Source of the DNA: Candidatus Shikimatogenerans bostrichidophilus
Lineage (GTDB): Bacteria > Bacteroidota > Bacteroidia > Flavobacteriales > Blattabacteriaceae
Direction: 5' to 3'
NCBI GenBank assembly: GCA_029851325.1
Contig: CP099830.1
Span: 84,513-148,512 of the forward strand
DNA: 64,000 nucleotides
Part shown: in pieces, positions 38,291-48,651 of the stretch
Layout: the number at the start of each line of letters is the position of its first letter
How positions within the stretch are numbered: position 1 is the stretch's first letter
The notes under the pieces: model-generated
Told to the model about the DNA's origin: nothing
What the model saw: the letters and a program-made list of their open reading frames with translations, nothing else
The model's database searches: none
Position numbers and translations under genes: made by a program

Positions 38291-38322
38291 TATTTAATAT
38301 TATAGGGGGATTAGTGTATATA

Positions 38323-38396
38323 GATCACGTAGCTCAGTAGGATAGAGCAACTGCCTTCTAAGCAGTCGGTCACAGGTTCGAATCCTGTCGTGATCA
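38323..38396 (+). tRNA. tRNA-Arg(TCT)
   Basis: Acceptor GATCACG/CGTGATC, ACTGC-CTTCTAA-GCAGT. Confidence 0.95.
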
Positions 38397-38397
38397 T

Positions 38398-38820
38398 ATG
38401 AAAAAAAATATAATTAATAAAAAAGCTTATTATGATTATAATTTAATTATAAAATATAATGCTGGGATGGTATTATTAGGAAAAGAGATTAAATTAATAA
38501 GACAAAATAAATGTAATATATATAAAGCTTATTGTAAAATGATTAATTATAATATATTTTTATTCAATTTTAAAATACATAAAATAAATTTAAGAAAAAT
38601 AAAATTATTATTGTCTAAAAAAGAAATAAATAATATATATCAAAATATTACTAAAAAAAATTACACTATTATACCTACAAAAATTTTTTATTCAAAGAGT
38701 GGATTTGCTAAGATAGAAATATTTTTATCTAAAAATAAAAAAAAATATGATAAAATTAAACTTAGTAAAACAAAGGAAAAAGAAATAAATAAAAAAAAAA
38801 TAGAAAAATATTACTTTTAA
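38398..38820 (+). CDS. smpB: SsrA-binding protein
   Basis: NKKAYYDY, AGMVLLGKEIK, KLLLSKKEI, TIIP, KKKYDK. Confidence 0.92.
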   Translation: MKKNIINKKAYYDYNLIIKYNAGMVLLGKEIKLIRQNKCNIYKAYCKMINYNIFLFNFKIHKINLRKIKLLLSKKEINNIYQNITKKNYTIIPTKIFYSKSGFAKIEIFLSKNKKKYDKIKLSKTKEKEINKKKIEKYYF

Positions 38821-38853
38821 TTAGTTATATTTAATAATACTAATTAAAAGTAA
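38811..38853. terminator. Hairpin between convergent smpB and DAHP synthase genes
   Basis: 15-bp perfect stem TTACTTTTAATTAGT/ACTAATTAAAAGTAA. Confidence 0.6.
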
Positions 38854-38861
38854 TTAAAATT

Positions 38862-39923
38862 TTATATAATTTGTGTTTCTATAGATTTTTTATGTATAAA
38901 ATCAAATAAAGTTTGTATATATTTTTCATCTAAATTTATTTTTTTACATATTTCTTTATAAAATTTTTTTAATTCTAACATTTTTTCTTTTTGTATAATT
39001 TCTAAATTATGTTTTTTTTTTAAAACACCAATATTTTTTGAAGTTATTAATCTATTATGTAATAAATATATAATGTTTTCATCTATTTCTAATAGATTAT
39101 TTCTATATAAATTTAAATCATTAATATATTTTTTATTTATTTCTTTTTTTAATAAAATTTTATTTAAAATTTCTGTTAAATAATTAGGTGTAATTTGTTG
39201 ATTAGAATCACTTAAGGCTTCCTTTGGATTATTATGAGTTTCTATCATTAACCCATCATATCCAAAATCAATAGCTTTTTTAGATATTTCATATATTTTA
39301 TTGCTATTTCCAGTAATATGCGAAGGATCACATATAATAGGTAATTTAGGATATTCTTTTTTTATAGTTAATACTTCTAACCAACATGGAATATTTCTAT
39401 ATGTTTTACTTTTATATAAACTAAACCCTCTATGAATTAAACCGATATTTTTTATGTTATTATTTATTAATCTTTCTACCCCTCCTAACCATAAATCGAT
39501 ATCTAAATTTAATGGATTTTTAATTAAAATTATTTTATTTGTATTTTTTAAAGTATTAGCTATTTCTTGTACAGTAAAAGGATTACATGTACTTCTAGCT
39601 CCTATCCATAAGATATCTATGTCATATTTAAGAGCTGTTTTTACGTGTTCTTCATTAGCAACTTCAGTAGATAATAAAATATTATATTTTTTTTTTGCTT
39701 TTATTAACCATTTTAATCCTTTTTCCCCAACTCCTTCAAAAAGACCAGGTTTTGTTCTAGGTTTCCATATTCCTGCTCTAAGAACTTCTACATAAGATTT
39801 ATCTATATTCTTAGTTATATTTAATATTTGTTCTTCATTTTCTGCACTACATGGACCAGCTATTATTAAAGGATAAGAAAATTTTTTTATCCAATTATAA
39901 TTAATTTTTTTAAGTAAATTCAT
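38862..39923 (-). CDS. Bifunctional DAHP synthase (class I-beta) / chorismate mutase (AroQ)
   Basis: IAGPCSAE, RAGIWKPRT, WIGAR, ICDPSH, GLMIETH; C-terminal helical domain YRNNLLEIDE...NR...IG..KK. Confidence 0.95.
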   Translation of the reverse strand: MNLLKKINYNWIKKFSYPLIIAGPCSAENEEQILNITKNIDKSYVEVLRAGIWKPRTKPGLFEGVGEKGLKWLIKAKKKYNILLSTEVANEEHVKTALKYDIDILWIGARSTCNPFTVQEIANTLKNTNKIILIKNPLNLDIDLWLGGVERLINNNIKNIGLIHRGFSLYKSKTYRNIPCWLEVLTIKKEYPKLPIICDPSHITGNSNKIYEISKKAIDFGYDGLMIETHNNPKEALSDSNQQITPNYLTEILNKILLKKEINKKYINDLNLYRNNLLEIDENIIYLLHNRLITSKNIGVLKKKHNLEIIQKEKMLELKKFYKEICKKINLDEKYIQTLFDFIHKKSIETQII

Positions 39924-39982
39924 TTTTTATGAATAATTATTTATTTTTATTTATATAAATAAAATATATATAGTTCAAATAT

Positions 39983-40429
39983 TTATTTATAATTTATATA
40001 ATCTAATATTAATTTTCCTTTTAAATGGTCATATTCATGTTGAAAAACAACAGATAATAAATTTTTTAATTTTATTTTTTTTTTTTCCCAAAAAGAATTA
40101 TAATATTTTACATATATAATTTTATTCCTAATTATAGGAACATATAAATTAGGTATACTTAAACATCCTTCTTTATTAATTATTTTTTTTTCACTATATT
40201 TAATGATTTTAGGATTAATAAAGATCATTTTTAATTTATTAAGTCCTATAATAAATAAACGTATATTTAAACCAATTTGTGGAGCTGACAACCCTATCCC
40301 ATTATAATAATACATTGTATCATACATATTATTTATTAATTCGATTAAATTAGGTTTATTATATATATACTTACTTCTTTTTCTTAATTTATTTTTTTCT
40401 TTTTTATATAATAAAATAGGATAAATCAT
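39983..40429 (-). CDS. def: Peptide deformylase
   Basis: GIGLSAPQIG, EGCLS, QHEYDHL. Confidence 0.97.
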   Translation of the reverse strand: MIYPILLYKKEKNKLRKRSKYIYNKPNLIELINNMYDTMYYYNGIGLSAPQIGLNIRLFIIGLNKLKMIFINPKIIKYSEKKIINKEGCLSIPNLYVPIIRNKIIYVKYYNSFWEKKKIKLKNLLSVVFQHEYDHLKGKLILDYINYK

Positions 40430-40431
40430 TG

Positions 40432-40854
40432 TTATTTTTTTTTTAAAACTTTTAAATAAGATTGTAATATTAATATAGAACTCATAACATTTAACTGGGA
40501 CTTAAAATTTGTTTTTCTATATTTAAATTTATATAAATAATATTTAGCTAATTGTGATGTATATCTTTCATCTATTAAATCTACTATAATTTTAGGATAT
40601 TTTTTTAATATTTGTGTTTTAAATTCTAATACCTGTTTAGTAATTTTTTGATGTTTATTATTTAAATTAATTGGATATCCTAAAACTATTAGATAGATAT
40701 TTTCTATTTTTATTATATCTTTTAATGAATTAATAAGTTTATCTGTGTTTATACATGTTAATCCCATTGCAAGTTTTTTATCAGTATCTGATATAGATAG
40801 TCCACTCCATTTACTTCCATAATCTATACATAAAATTTTAGTTTTTTTTTCCAT
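40432..40854 (-). CDS. ruvX: YqgF/RuvX pre-16S rRNA nuclease
   Basis: ILCIDYGSKWSGLSISD, VLGYP, DERYTS, LILQSYL. Confidence 0.92.
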   Translation of the reverse strand: MEKKTKILCIDYGSKWSGLSISDTDKKLAMGLTCINTDKLINSLKDIIKIENIYLIVLGYPINLNNKHQKITKQVLEFKTQILKKYPKIIVDLIDERYTSQLAKYYLYKFKYRKTNFKSQLNVMSSILILQSYLKVLKKK

Positions 40855-40918
40855 AGTTAAGTTTATTAAAATTATATTATTTTATTTTTATTTATTAATA
40901 AATAAAAATTATATTTTT

Positions 40919-42358
40919 ATGTTAAAAAAAAAAGATATATTAAAAACTTTTAAAAAGGAAAAATATTTTTCATTAATATGTAGTTTAAGTAAAAAATTAA
41001 ATATAAAATCTTATGTTATAGGAGGATACGTAAGAGATTTGTTTTTAAATAAAAATAACCCTAAAGATATAGATATAGTAACTACAGGCGATAGTTTTAT
41101 TTTAGCGAAAATTTTTTCAAAAAGTTTATCTACTAAACAAATTTATATATTTAAAAAATTTAAAACGGCTATAGTAAAATGTAAAAATATACGGATAGAA
41201 TTTGTAAGTACACGTAAAGAATATTACAATATATATGATAATAAACCATATGTAAAAATTTTTAGAACTATTAAAGAAGATCAAAAACGTAGAGATTTTA
41301 CTATAAATACTATAGCAATAAGTTTAAATAAAGAAAATTTTGGAAAAATTTTAGATCCTTTTAATGGAATAAAAGATATTAAAAATAAAATTATAAAAAC
41401 TCCTATAAATCCGAATATTACTTTTTATGATGATCCTTTAAGAATGATAAGAGCTATAAGATTTAAAACTATACTTAATTTTAAAATAGATAAATCTTTA
41501 ATTAAATCTATAGAAGATAATATAGATAGAATAAAAATAGTATCTATAGAGAGAATAATAGAAGAATTTAATAAAATTCTTTTATCTAATAAACCTTCTA
41601 TTGGATTAAAATCAATGTATAAATTTGGATTTTTATTTTATATTTTACCTGATTTTATAAGTTTAAAAGGAAAAAAAAATATAAATGGATATTCATATAA
41701 ATATAATTTTATACATAGTTTAAAGGTTTTAGATAATATTAGTAAATTAACTAAAAATTTATGGTTAAAATGGGCAACTTTATTACATGATATAGGTAAA
41801 AATATTGCAAAAAAATTTGTTGTTAATAAAGGATGGACATTTTATAAACATGAAATTATAGGTTCAAATATGATACCTTATATTTTTCATAGATTAAAGT
41901 TGTCTCTTAAAAATAATATGAAATATGTTCAAACTATTATAAAATATAGTAATATGCCTATTATATTATATAATAATAATAGTGTAAAAATAAGTTCAAT
42001 TAGAAAATATATATATATAATAGGGTTTAATAATATAAAAGATTTAATAAAATTATGTTATTGTAATATTATTACACAAAATAAAAATATAAAAACAATA
42101 AATAAAATTAAAAAAATTATTTTTTTTTATAAAATTACAAAAAAAATAGAAAAAAAATATAATATATCTAATTTAAAAATTCCAATTAATGGACATCATA
42201 TTATAAATTATTTTAAAATAAAACCTAGTAAAATTATAGGAGTAATAAAGAATATAATAAAAAATTATATAGTAAAAGGAAAAATTTTAAACAATTATGA
42301 AGAATCATTTAAGTTAATGAAAAAAATAGGGAATAAAATTTTAAAAAAAAAAATATGA
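40919..42358 (+). CDS. cca: CCA tRNA nucleotidyltransferase with HD domain
   Basis: GGYVRD, DIDIV, RRDFTIN, DDPLRMIRAIRF, LLHDIGK; no tRNA gene here encodes CCA. Confidence 0.92.
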   Translation: MLKKKDILKTFKKEKYFSLICSLSKKLNIKSYVIGGYVRDLFLNKNNPKDIDIVTTGDSFILAKIFSKSLSTKQIYIFKKFKTAIVKCKNIRIEFVSTRKEYYNIYDNKPYVKIFRTIKEDQKRRDFTINTIAISLNKENFGKILDPFNGIKDIKNKIIKTPINPNITFYDDPLRMIRAIRFKTILNFKIDKSLIKSIEDNIDRIKIVSIERIIEEFNKILLSNKPSIGLKSMYKFGFLFYILPDFISLKGKKNINGYSYKYNFIHSLKVLDNISKLTKNLWLKWATLLHDIGKNIAKKFVVNKGWTFYKHEIIGSNMIPYIFHRLKLSLKNNMKYVQTIIKYSNMPIILYNNNSVKISSIRKYIYIIGFNNIKDLIKLCYCNIITQNKNIKTINKIKKIIFFYKITKKIEKKYNISNLKIPINGHHIINYFKIKPSKIIGVIKNIIKNYIVKGKILNNYEESFKLMKKIGNKILKKKI

Positions 42359-42882
42359 AGATATCTTATTTAAAAATAAATAATAAAAATTTTATTATTA
42401 TAAATAATAATTTTCCTTATTGTTTTAAATTTAGTAATTTTATTAAATATTTAATTTATAAAAAAATTAATAAAAATATAATTAACTTAAAATATATAAT
42501 ACTATTAATTCCATATAAAATTTATATACCAAATTTTATTCATAGGAAATATTTTAAATTACTTTTTTTTATATTTAAAAAGACAAAAATTAAAATTAAT
42601 ATGAAAAAAAAAAAAAGATATATATATATATATACTATCCCTGTTTATTTGAATTTTAAAGGTATAAATGAATTATTTAATAAAATTTTTATAATATTTT
42701 ATAAAAAAAGAAAAAAAATAAATATAAAAAAAATAATTAATTTTTTTTTATTTAAATATATTTATATAAAATATAAAATTATAAATACAAAAAATTTAAA
42801 TTATTCTATATATATATTATTAAAATATATAAAAAAAATAAATAAATATAAAAATATTAATAATCATTTTCTTTTTAAATAG
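42355..42882 (+). CDS. Hypothetical protein (orphan, extreme F/Y/I/N/K bias)
   Basis: 175-codon ORF with an ATGA overlap to cca; fills the gap to rsmG; no recognisable motif. Confidence 0.55.
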   Translation: MKISYLKINNKNFIIINNNFPYCFKFSNFIKYLIYKKINKNIINLKYIILLIPYKIYIPNFIHRKYFKLLFFIFKKTKIKINMKKKKRYIYIYTIPVYLNFKGINELFNKIFIIFYKKRKKINIKKIINFFLFKYIYIKYKIINTKNLNYSIYILLKYIKKINKYKNINNHFLFK

Positions 42883-43486
42883 GAATATATATAATTTTTT
42901 TTCCATTATAATAAGAATTTTTTGAAAATTTTTTAAGATTAAATATATAAAAATACTTTTTAATTTTTATATATTTTTTTTTTTCACCTGTTAAATATAT
43001 AATTCCATTTTTAATATAATGGATAGATTTTTTTTTTATATTATTTTTTAATAAAGGAAATATATAATTTACTCGATTAAAATATCTACTAATTATAAAA
43101 TCGAATTTTTTTTTTATATTTTCTATTCTATTATTTATAGTAATAACATTTTTTAGTTTTAATTTTTTTATTATTTTATTTATAAAAAAAATTTTTTTTT
43201 TTATAGAATCTATTAAAAAAAATTTAGTGTTTTTAAAAATTATTGATAAAGGAATCCCTGGAAATCCTCCACCAGTACCAGCATCCAAAATTTCACTATT
43301 AGGTAAAAATTTAATTATATTAATAATAGATAAAGAATATTCAATATGATTAATATAAAATTTTTTTAAACTATTAAAAGATATTAAATTTATAATTTTA
43401 TTAAATTTTTTATGTATTTTTTTTAATTTAACAAATTTATTTAATTGAGTATTATTTAATTTTATAAATTGATTATTAATTATCAT
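42875..43486 (-). CDS. rsmG: 16S rRNA m7G527 methyltransferase
   Basis: INLIS, HIEYSL, LDAGTGGGFPGIPL, DSIKKK, FDFIISR. Confidence 0.96.
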   Translation of the reverse strand: MIINNQFIKLNNTQLNKFVKLKKIHKKFNKIINLISFNSLKKFYINHIEYSLSIINIIKFLPNSEILDAGTGGGFPGIPLSIIFKNTKFFLIDSIKKKIFFINKIIKKLKLKNVITINNRIENIKKKFDFIISRYFNRVNYIFPLLKNNIKKKSIHYIKNGIIYLTGEKKKYIKIKKYFYIFNLKKFSKNSYYNGKKIIYIPI

Positions 43487-43502
43487 ATATTATAAAAAAG
43501 AA

Positions 43503-43577
43503 GGTGAACGACTGGATTTGAACCAGCAACTTTCAGAACCACAATCTGATGCTCTACCAAATTGAGCTACGTCCACC
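43503..43577 (-). tRNA. tRNA-His(GTG)
   Basis: G-1:C73, TCAGA-TTGTGGT-TCTGA. Confidence 0.95.
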
Positions 43578-43624
43578 ATTTATATTATTAATAATATATA
43601 TAATATTTAAAAAAAAAAGAAAAT

Positions 43625-45343
43625 ATGTATATATATAGAACACATAATTGTGGAGAATTAAGGATATCAAATATTTCAAATAAAGTTATATTATCTGGAT
43701 GGGTACATAGTATTAGAAAAATGAAAAATAAATTTTTTATTGATATTAGAGATTTTTATGGAATTACTCAATTATTGATAAAAAAAAAAAAATTAAAGGA
43801 TATAATTAAAAATGAATATCTTATAAGAATTAAAGGTATTGTAGTAAAAAGAAAATTTGTGAATAAAAAATTAAAAACAGGAGAAATAGAAATAATAGTA
43901 GAAAAAATTAATATAATTAATAAATCAAAAAAATTACCTATAAATATATATAATAATTTAAAAAATAATAATAAAATATTATTAAAATATAGATATCTTA
44001 ATTTAAGAAATTTAGAAATAAAAAAAAATTTAATTATAAAATCGAAAATATTAAAAATAATAAGGGATTATTTTAATAAAAAAAAATTTTTAGAGATAGA
44101 AACTCCGTGTTTAGTAAAATCAACATCTGAAGGAGCTCGTCATTTTATTATACCTTATAGAAACAAAAAAGGATATTTTTATTCTTTACCACAATCTCCA
44201 CAAACATTTAAACAATTGTTAATGATAGGTGGTATAGATAAATATTATCAAATTGTAAAATGTTTTCGTGATGAGGATTATAGACAAGATAGACAACCAG
44301 AATTTTTGCAACTAGATATAGAAGAGTCATTTGTAAATATTAAGCAAATAATAAATAGAATTGTAAAATTTATAAAAAGTTTATTATATAAATTATATAA
44401 TATAACTTTTATAAATATAAAAAAAATTACTTATAAAAATAGTATAAAATTATATAGTACAGATAAACCGGATTTAAGGAATAAAATTTTTTTTATAAAT
44501 ATAAAAAAAAAATATATAAAAGAAGAATATAAAAACAAAAAAAAAATAAGTTTTATAATACCTAATTTTTTTAATATTATAAATTTAAATCTTAATAATT
44601 TAATCTTTTTTTTAAGAAAATTCTTTAAAAAAAAATATATTTATATTTTTGATTTTAAAAATAAAGTAAATTATAATAAAGAAAATATTTTTAAAAATGA
44701 ATATATAATAAAAAAGATTATAAAGAAAAAGTTCTTTTCTAAAGATGATATATTATTTTTATTATTATTTAACTCAAAAAAAAATTATAATAAAATATAT
44801 AATTTAATTAAAAATAAAATTAATGGTTTTTTATTAAAATCGATATATAGAAAAGAACTATACATCCCTATTGTAATATATAACTATCCTTTATTAAAAA
44901 AAAATAATTTAAATAAAAAATATGAATCTTTCCATCATCCATTTACAGAACCTAAAACTAAAATAAATGTAAAAAGAAAAGATAAAATACTAGCTAATTC
45001 ATATGACGTAATTATAAATGGGATAGAAATAGGTAGTGGATCTATTAGGATTAATAATAGAAAATTACAAGAAAAAGTATTTTCATTATTAGGATTATCT
45101 AAAAAAAAAATAAAAAAGAATTTTGGATTTTTTTTAAGTGCTTTAGAATATGGTACACCACCTCATGGGGGCATAGGAATTGGTATAGATAGATTAATAT
45201 CATCATTATTAAATAAAAAAGATATAAAGGATTTAATAGCTTTTCCTAAAAATATTCATAGTAAAGATTTAATGATAAAATCCCCTACTAAAATAGATAA
45301 AAAGGAATTGTTAAAATTAGGTATTAGTATAATAAAAAGTTAA
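43625..45343 (+). CDS. aspS: Aspartate--tRNA ligase
   Basis: [46 protein letters not shown]. Confidence 0.97.
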   Translation: MYIYRTHNCGELRISNISNKVILSGWVHSIRKMKNKFFIDIRDFYGITQLLIKKKKLKDIIKNEYLIRIKGIVVKRKFVNKKLKTGEIEIIVEKINIINKSKKLPINIYNNLKNNNKILLKYRYLNLRNLEIKKNLIIKSKILKIIRDYFNKKKFLEIETPCLVKSTSEGARHFIIPYRNKKGYFYSLPQSPQTFKQLLMIGGIDKYYQIVKCFRDEDYRQDRQPEFLQLDIEESFVNIKQIINRIVKFIKSLLYKLYNITFINIKKITYKNSIKLYSTDKPDLRNKIFFINIKKKYIKEEYKNKKKISFIIPNFFNIINLNLNNLIFFLRKFFKKKYIYIFDFKNKVNYNKENIFKNEYIIKKIIKKKFFSKDDILFLLLFNSKKNYNKIYNLIKNKINGFLLKSIYRKELYIPIVIYNYPLLKKNNLNKKYESFHHPFTEPKTKINVKRKDKILANSYDVIINGIEIGSGSIRINNRKLQEKVFSLLGLSKKKIKKNFGFFLSALEYGTPPHGGIGIGIDRLISSLLNKKDIKDLIAFPKNIHSKDLMIKSPTKIDKKELLKLGISIIKS

Positions 45344-45350
45344 CTTAACC

Positions 45351-45572
45351 ATGATAAAAAATAAAAAATATTATATAAATTTAATAGTATTATTTACTAC
45401 TAAAATATATAAACTAAGTAATCATTTAAAAAAAAATAATAAAGATTATAATACCGTTAGATCTTTATTAAAAATAGTTTCTAAAAGAAAAAAACTATTA
45501 AAATATATTAAAAGAAAAAATTTAAATTTATTTATTAAAATAAAAAATGAATTAAACATAAGAAAACTTTAA
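45351..45572 (+). CDS. rpsO: 30S ribosomal protein S15 (N-terminally shortened)
   Basis: LSNHLKKNNKDYNT.RSLL..V.KRKKLLKY; directly upstream of pnp. Confidence 0.9.
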   Translation: MIKNKKYYINLIVLFTTKIYKLSNHLKKNNKDYNTVRSLLKIVSKRKKLLKYIKRKNLNLFIKIKNELNIRKL

Positions 45573-45581
45573 ATAAATTAG

Positions 45582-47666
45582 ATGTATAAAACAATAAAAA
45601 AAAGAATAATATTATATAATAATAAAAAAATAATATTGGAAACAGGACAAATAGCTAATCAATCAGATGGGGCAGTTCTAGTAAAGATGGGTAATACTAT
45701 TTTATTATCTACGGTAGTATTAGGAAAAAAAAATGAAGAAAATATTAATTTTATTCCATTAACTATAGATTATAGAGAGAAATATTTTGCTGGAGGGAAA
45801 ATTCCTGGAGGTTTTATTAAAAGAGAAGGAAAACCTTCTGAAGAAGAAATTTTAATTATGAGAATAGTAGATAGATTAATTAGACCATTTATTCCTAAAA
45901 ATTTTAATAAAGAAATACAAATTATGATTTCTTTATTATCATATGATACTAAAGTATTACCAGATGGATTAGTAGGTTTAGCTGCTTCTTCTGCTTTATT
46001 AATATCAGGTATACCTTATAATGGTCCAGTTTCTCAAATAAAAATAGCTAAAATAAAAAATAAAATTATTATTAATCCTAACTTAGATGATATAAATAAA
46101 TCTGATATTAATTTAATTATAGGAGGATCATATGATAGTATAGTTATGATAGAAGGTGATACAAAAGAAATAAATAATAAAACTTTTATATATATATTAA
46201 AATTAGCTCATAAAATTATAAAAAGACAAATAAAAAATCAAATTAGTTTTTATTTAAATGCAAAAAAATATATTAATATAAATGAACAGAGTTTTAAAAT
46301 TTTTTATAATAAAAAACTAAAAAAAATTATAAAAAAAATTTTTTATAAAAAGATATATTTTATAGCTATAAAAGAAAAAAAGAAAAAAAAAAGACGGTTA
46401 AAATTTAAAGAATTGTATATAAAAATAATAAATAAATTTAATAAGGTTTTTTTAAAAAAAAATGAATTTTTAATTCAAAAATATTTTAATTATTATAAAA
46501 AGAAGATAATTAGGAAAATAATTTTAAAAACGAGAATAAGATTAGATGGTAGATTACCTAATCAAATTAGAAATATATGGGGATATATAGATTATTTACC
46601 CGGGGTACATGGGTCATCATTATTTACAAGAGGAGAAACTCAATGTTTAACAACAGTAACTTTAGGGACTTCTTTAGATGCAAATAGGATAGATAATGTA
46701 GTATTAGAGTACAATGAAAATTTTTATTTACATTATAATTTTCCTCCATTTTCTACTGGTGAAGTAAAGAAAATTAGAGGAATATCTAGAAGAGAAATAG
46801 GTCATGGAAATTTAGCTAAAAAATCTTTAAAAAATATGATACCTAAAAAAAATCCATATACTATTAGAATAGTATCAGATATATTAGAATCTAACGGATC
46901 ATCTTCAATGGCAACAGTATGTGCTGGTACATTAGCTTTAATGGATGCAGGAATAAGAATTAAAAATCCAGTTGCAGGTATAGCGATAGGTTTAATAAAA
47001 AATAAAAAAAAATATATCATATTATCAGATATTTTAGGAGAAGAAGATCATAATGGAGATATGGATTTTAAAATTACTAGAACACGAAATGGGATTACAT
47101 CATGTCAAATGGATATAAAATCTAAAAAAATAGATTTTTTTAAAAGAAAAACATTTAAAAAAATTTTAAATACTTCTAATAAATGTATATATCATATTTT
47201 AAGAAGAATGTATAATATTATTCCTAAACATAGACAAGAAATAAAATCAACAGCACCTAAATTTTCTTTAATAAAAATACCTAAAAAATATATTGGTATA
47301 ATTATAGGTACAGGAGGGAAAACTATACAAAATATACAAGATAACACGAAAACTAATATAATAATTACAGAAAAATCACAAAAATGTATAATAGAAATAT
47401 TTGGGAGAAATGAAAAAAAAATTAATGAAGCTATAAAAATTATAAAAAATATAATTTTTATACCTAAAATCGGATATATATATAAAGCTAAAATAAAAAA
47501 AATTAAAAAATTTGGATTGCTTGTAGAATTATCAAAAGGGATAGAAGCATTATTACATAAATCAAGTATAAATTTAAAAAAAATAAAAAAAAAAATTTAT
47601 AAAATAGGTAATATAATAATAATAAAATATTTAGGAATAAATAAAAAAAAAATAGTTAAAGGATAG
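45582..47666 (+). CDS. pnp: Polyribonucleotide nucleotidyltransferase
   Basis: GKIPGGFIKREG, FTRGETQ, RREIGHG, ESNGSSSMA, GDMDFK, KH and S1 domains. Confidence 0.98.
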   Translation: MYKTIKKRIILYNNKKIILETGQIANQSDGAVLVKMGNTILLSTVVLGKKNEENINFIPLTIDYREKYFAGGKIPGGFIKREGKPSEEEILIMRIVDRLIRPFIPKNFNKEIQIMISLLSYDTKVLPDGLVGLAASSALLISGIPYNGPVSQIKIAKIKNKIIINPNLDDINKSDINLIIGGSYDSIVMIEGDTKEINNKTFIYILKLAHKIIKRQIKNQISFYLNAKKYININEQSFKIFYNKKLKKIIKKIFYKKIYFIAIKEKKKKKRRLKFKELYIKIINKFNKVFLKKNEFLIQKYFNYYKKKIIRKIILKTRIRLDGRLPNQIRNIWGYIDYLPGVHGSSLFTRGETQCLTTVTLGTSLDANRIDNVVLEYNENFYLHYNFPPFSTGEVKKIRGISRREIGHGNLAKKSLKNMIPKKNPYTIRIVSDILESNGSSSMATVCAGTLALMDAGIRIKNPVAGIAIGLIKNKKKYIILSDILGEEDHNGDMDFKITRTRNGITSCQMDIKSKKIDFFKRKTFKKILNTSNKCIYHILRRMYNIIPKHRQEIKSTAPKFSLIKIPKKYIGIIIGTGGKTIQNIQDNTKTNIIITEKSQKCIIEIFGRNEKKINEAIKIIKNIIFIPKIGYIYKAKIKKIKKFGLLVELSKGIEALLHKSSINLKKIKKKIYKIGNIIIIKYLGINKKKIVKG

Positions 47667-47692
47667 TTTTTATTTTTTTTTGGGTGTAAATT

Positions 47693-48583
47693 ATGAAAAA
47701 AATTAAAATTACAAGTAAAGAAGAATCTAAATCTTTAAATAAATTTTTACATGATATTAGTAAAATCCCTTTATTAAAGAATGATGAAGAAATAAAATTA
47801 GCTAAAATAATAATAAAAGGATCAAAAGAAAATTCTACTAAAAAAGAAAAAAAAGAAAAAAAAAATGCATTAGATATATTAGTAAAATCAAATTTAAGAT
47901 TTGTAGTGTCAGTAGCTAAAAAATATCAAAATCAAGGATTAAGTGTATCAGATTTAATAAATGAAGGAAATCTAGGGTTAATAAAAGCAGCATTAAGATT
48001 TGATGTAAATAGAGGTTATAAATTTATTTCTTATGCAGTATGGTGGATTAGACAAAGTATTTTGCAAGCAATAGCTGATTTTTCTAGATGTGTTAGATCT
48101 CCAACGAATAAAATAGCATTTTTAAATAAAGTTAATAAAGTATCTACATCTTTAGAACAAATTTTACAAAGACCTCCTACTATTAAAGAAATAGCTAAAT
48201 ATTTATCAGTAAAAGAAATAGAAGTTGAAGAAGTTTTAAAATTAACAGGAAAACAAATATCATTAGACGCTCCTTTAATAGTAGGAGAAGGCATAAATTT
48301 ATATGATGTAATTAGTTCTAAAGATATACCAGATCCTGATTATAAATTAAATAAAGCTTCTTTAACTGAAGATATAAAAAGATGTTTAAGTATATTATCA
48401 AAAAGAGAAAAACAAGTAATAATATTGTCTTGTGGCTTATTTGGATATAATACTATGACATTTGAAGAAATAGCAAATTTATTTGGTTTGACTAGAGAAA
48501 GAGTAAGACAAATACAAATTAGTGCAATAAAAAAATTAAAAAAATCGCAAATAATTAAGATTTTAAAACCTTATTTAGGTTAG
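47693..48583 (+). CDS. rpoD: Primary sigma-70 factor (short Bacteroidota type)
   Basis: NLRFVVSVAKKYQ, DLINEGNLGL, YAVWWIRQSI, LTRERVRQI. Confidence 0.95.
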   Translation: MKKIKITSKEESKSLNKFLHDISKIPLLKNDEEIKLAKIIIKGSKENSTKKEKKEKKNALDILVKSNLRFVVSVAKKYQNQGLSVSDLINEGNLGLIKAALRFDVNRGYKFISYAVWWIRQSILQAIADFSRCVRSPTNKIAFLNKVNKVSTSLEQILQRPPTIKEIAKYLSVKEIEVEEVLKLTGKQISLDAPLIVGEGINLYDVISSKDIPDPDYKLNKASLTEDIKRCLSILSKREKQVIILSCGLFGYNTMTFEEIANLFGLTRERVRQIQISAIKKLKKSQIIKILKPYLG

Positions 48584-48614
48584 TATAATTAATAAATTAA
48601 AATTAAAATTAAAT

Positions 48615-48644
48615 AGAGATATAAAACATAAATTTTATATCTCT
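48615..48644. terminator. Hairpin between convergent rpoD and pfkA
   Basis: 12-bp stem AGAGATATAAAA/TTTTATATCTCT with a 6-nt loop, followed by T's. Confidence 0.65.
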
Positions 48645-48651
48645 TTTATTA

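Noticed and set aside
38091..38297. 68-aa ORF after lepA
   Set aside because: It overlaps tRNA-Ser and tRNA-Pro and has no protein motif
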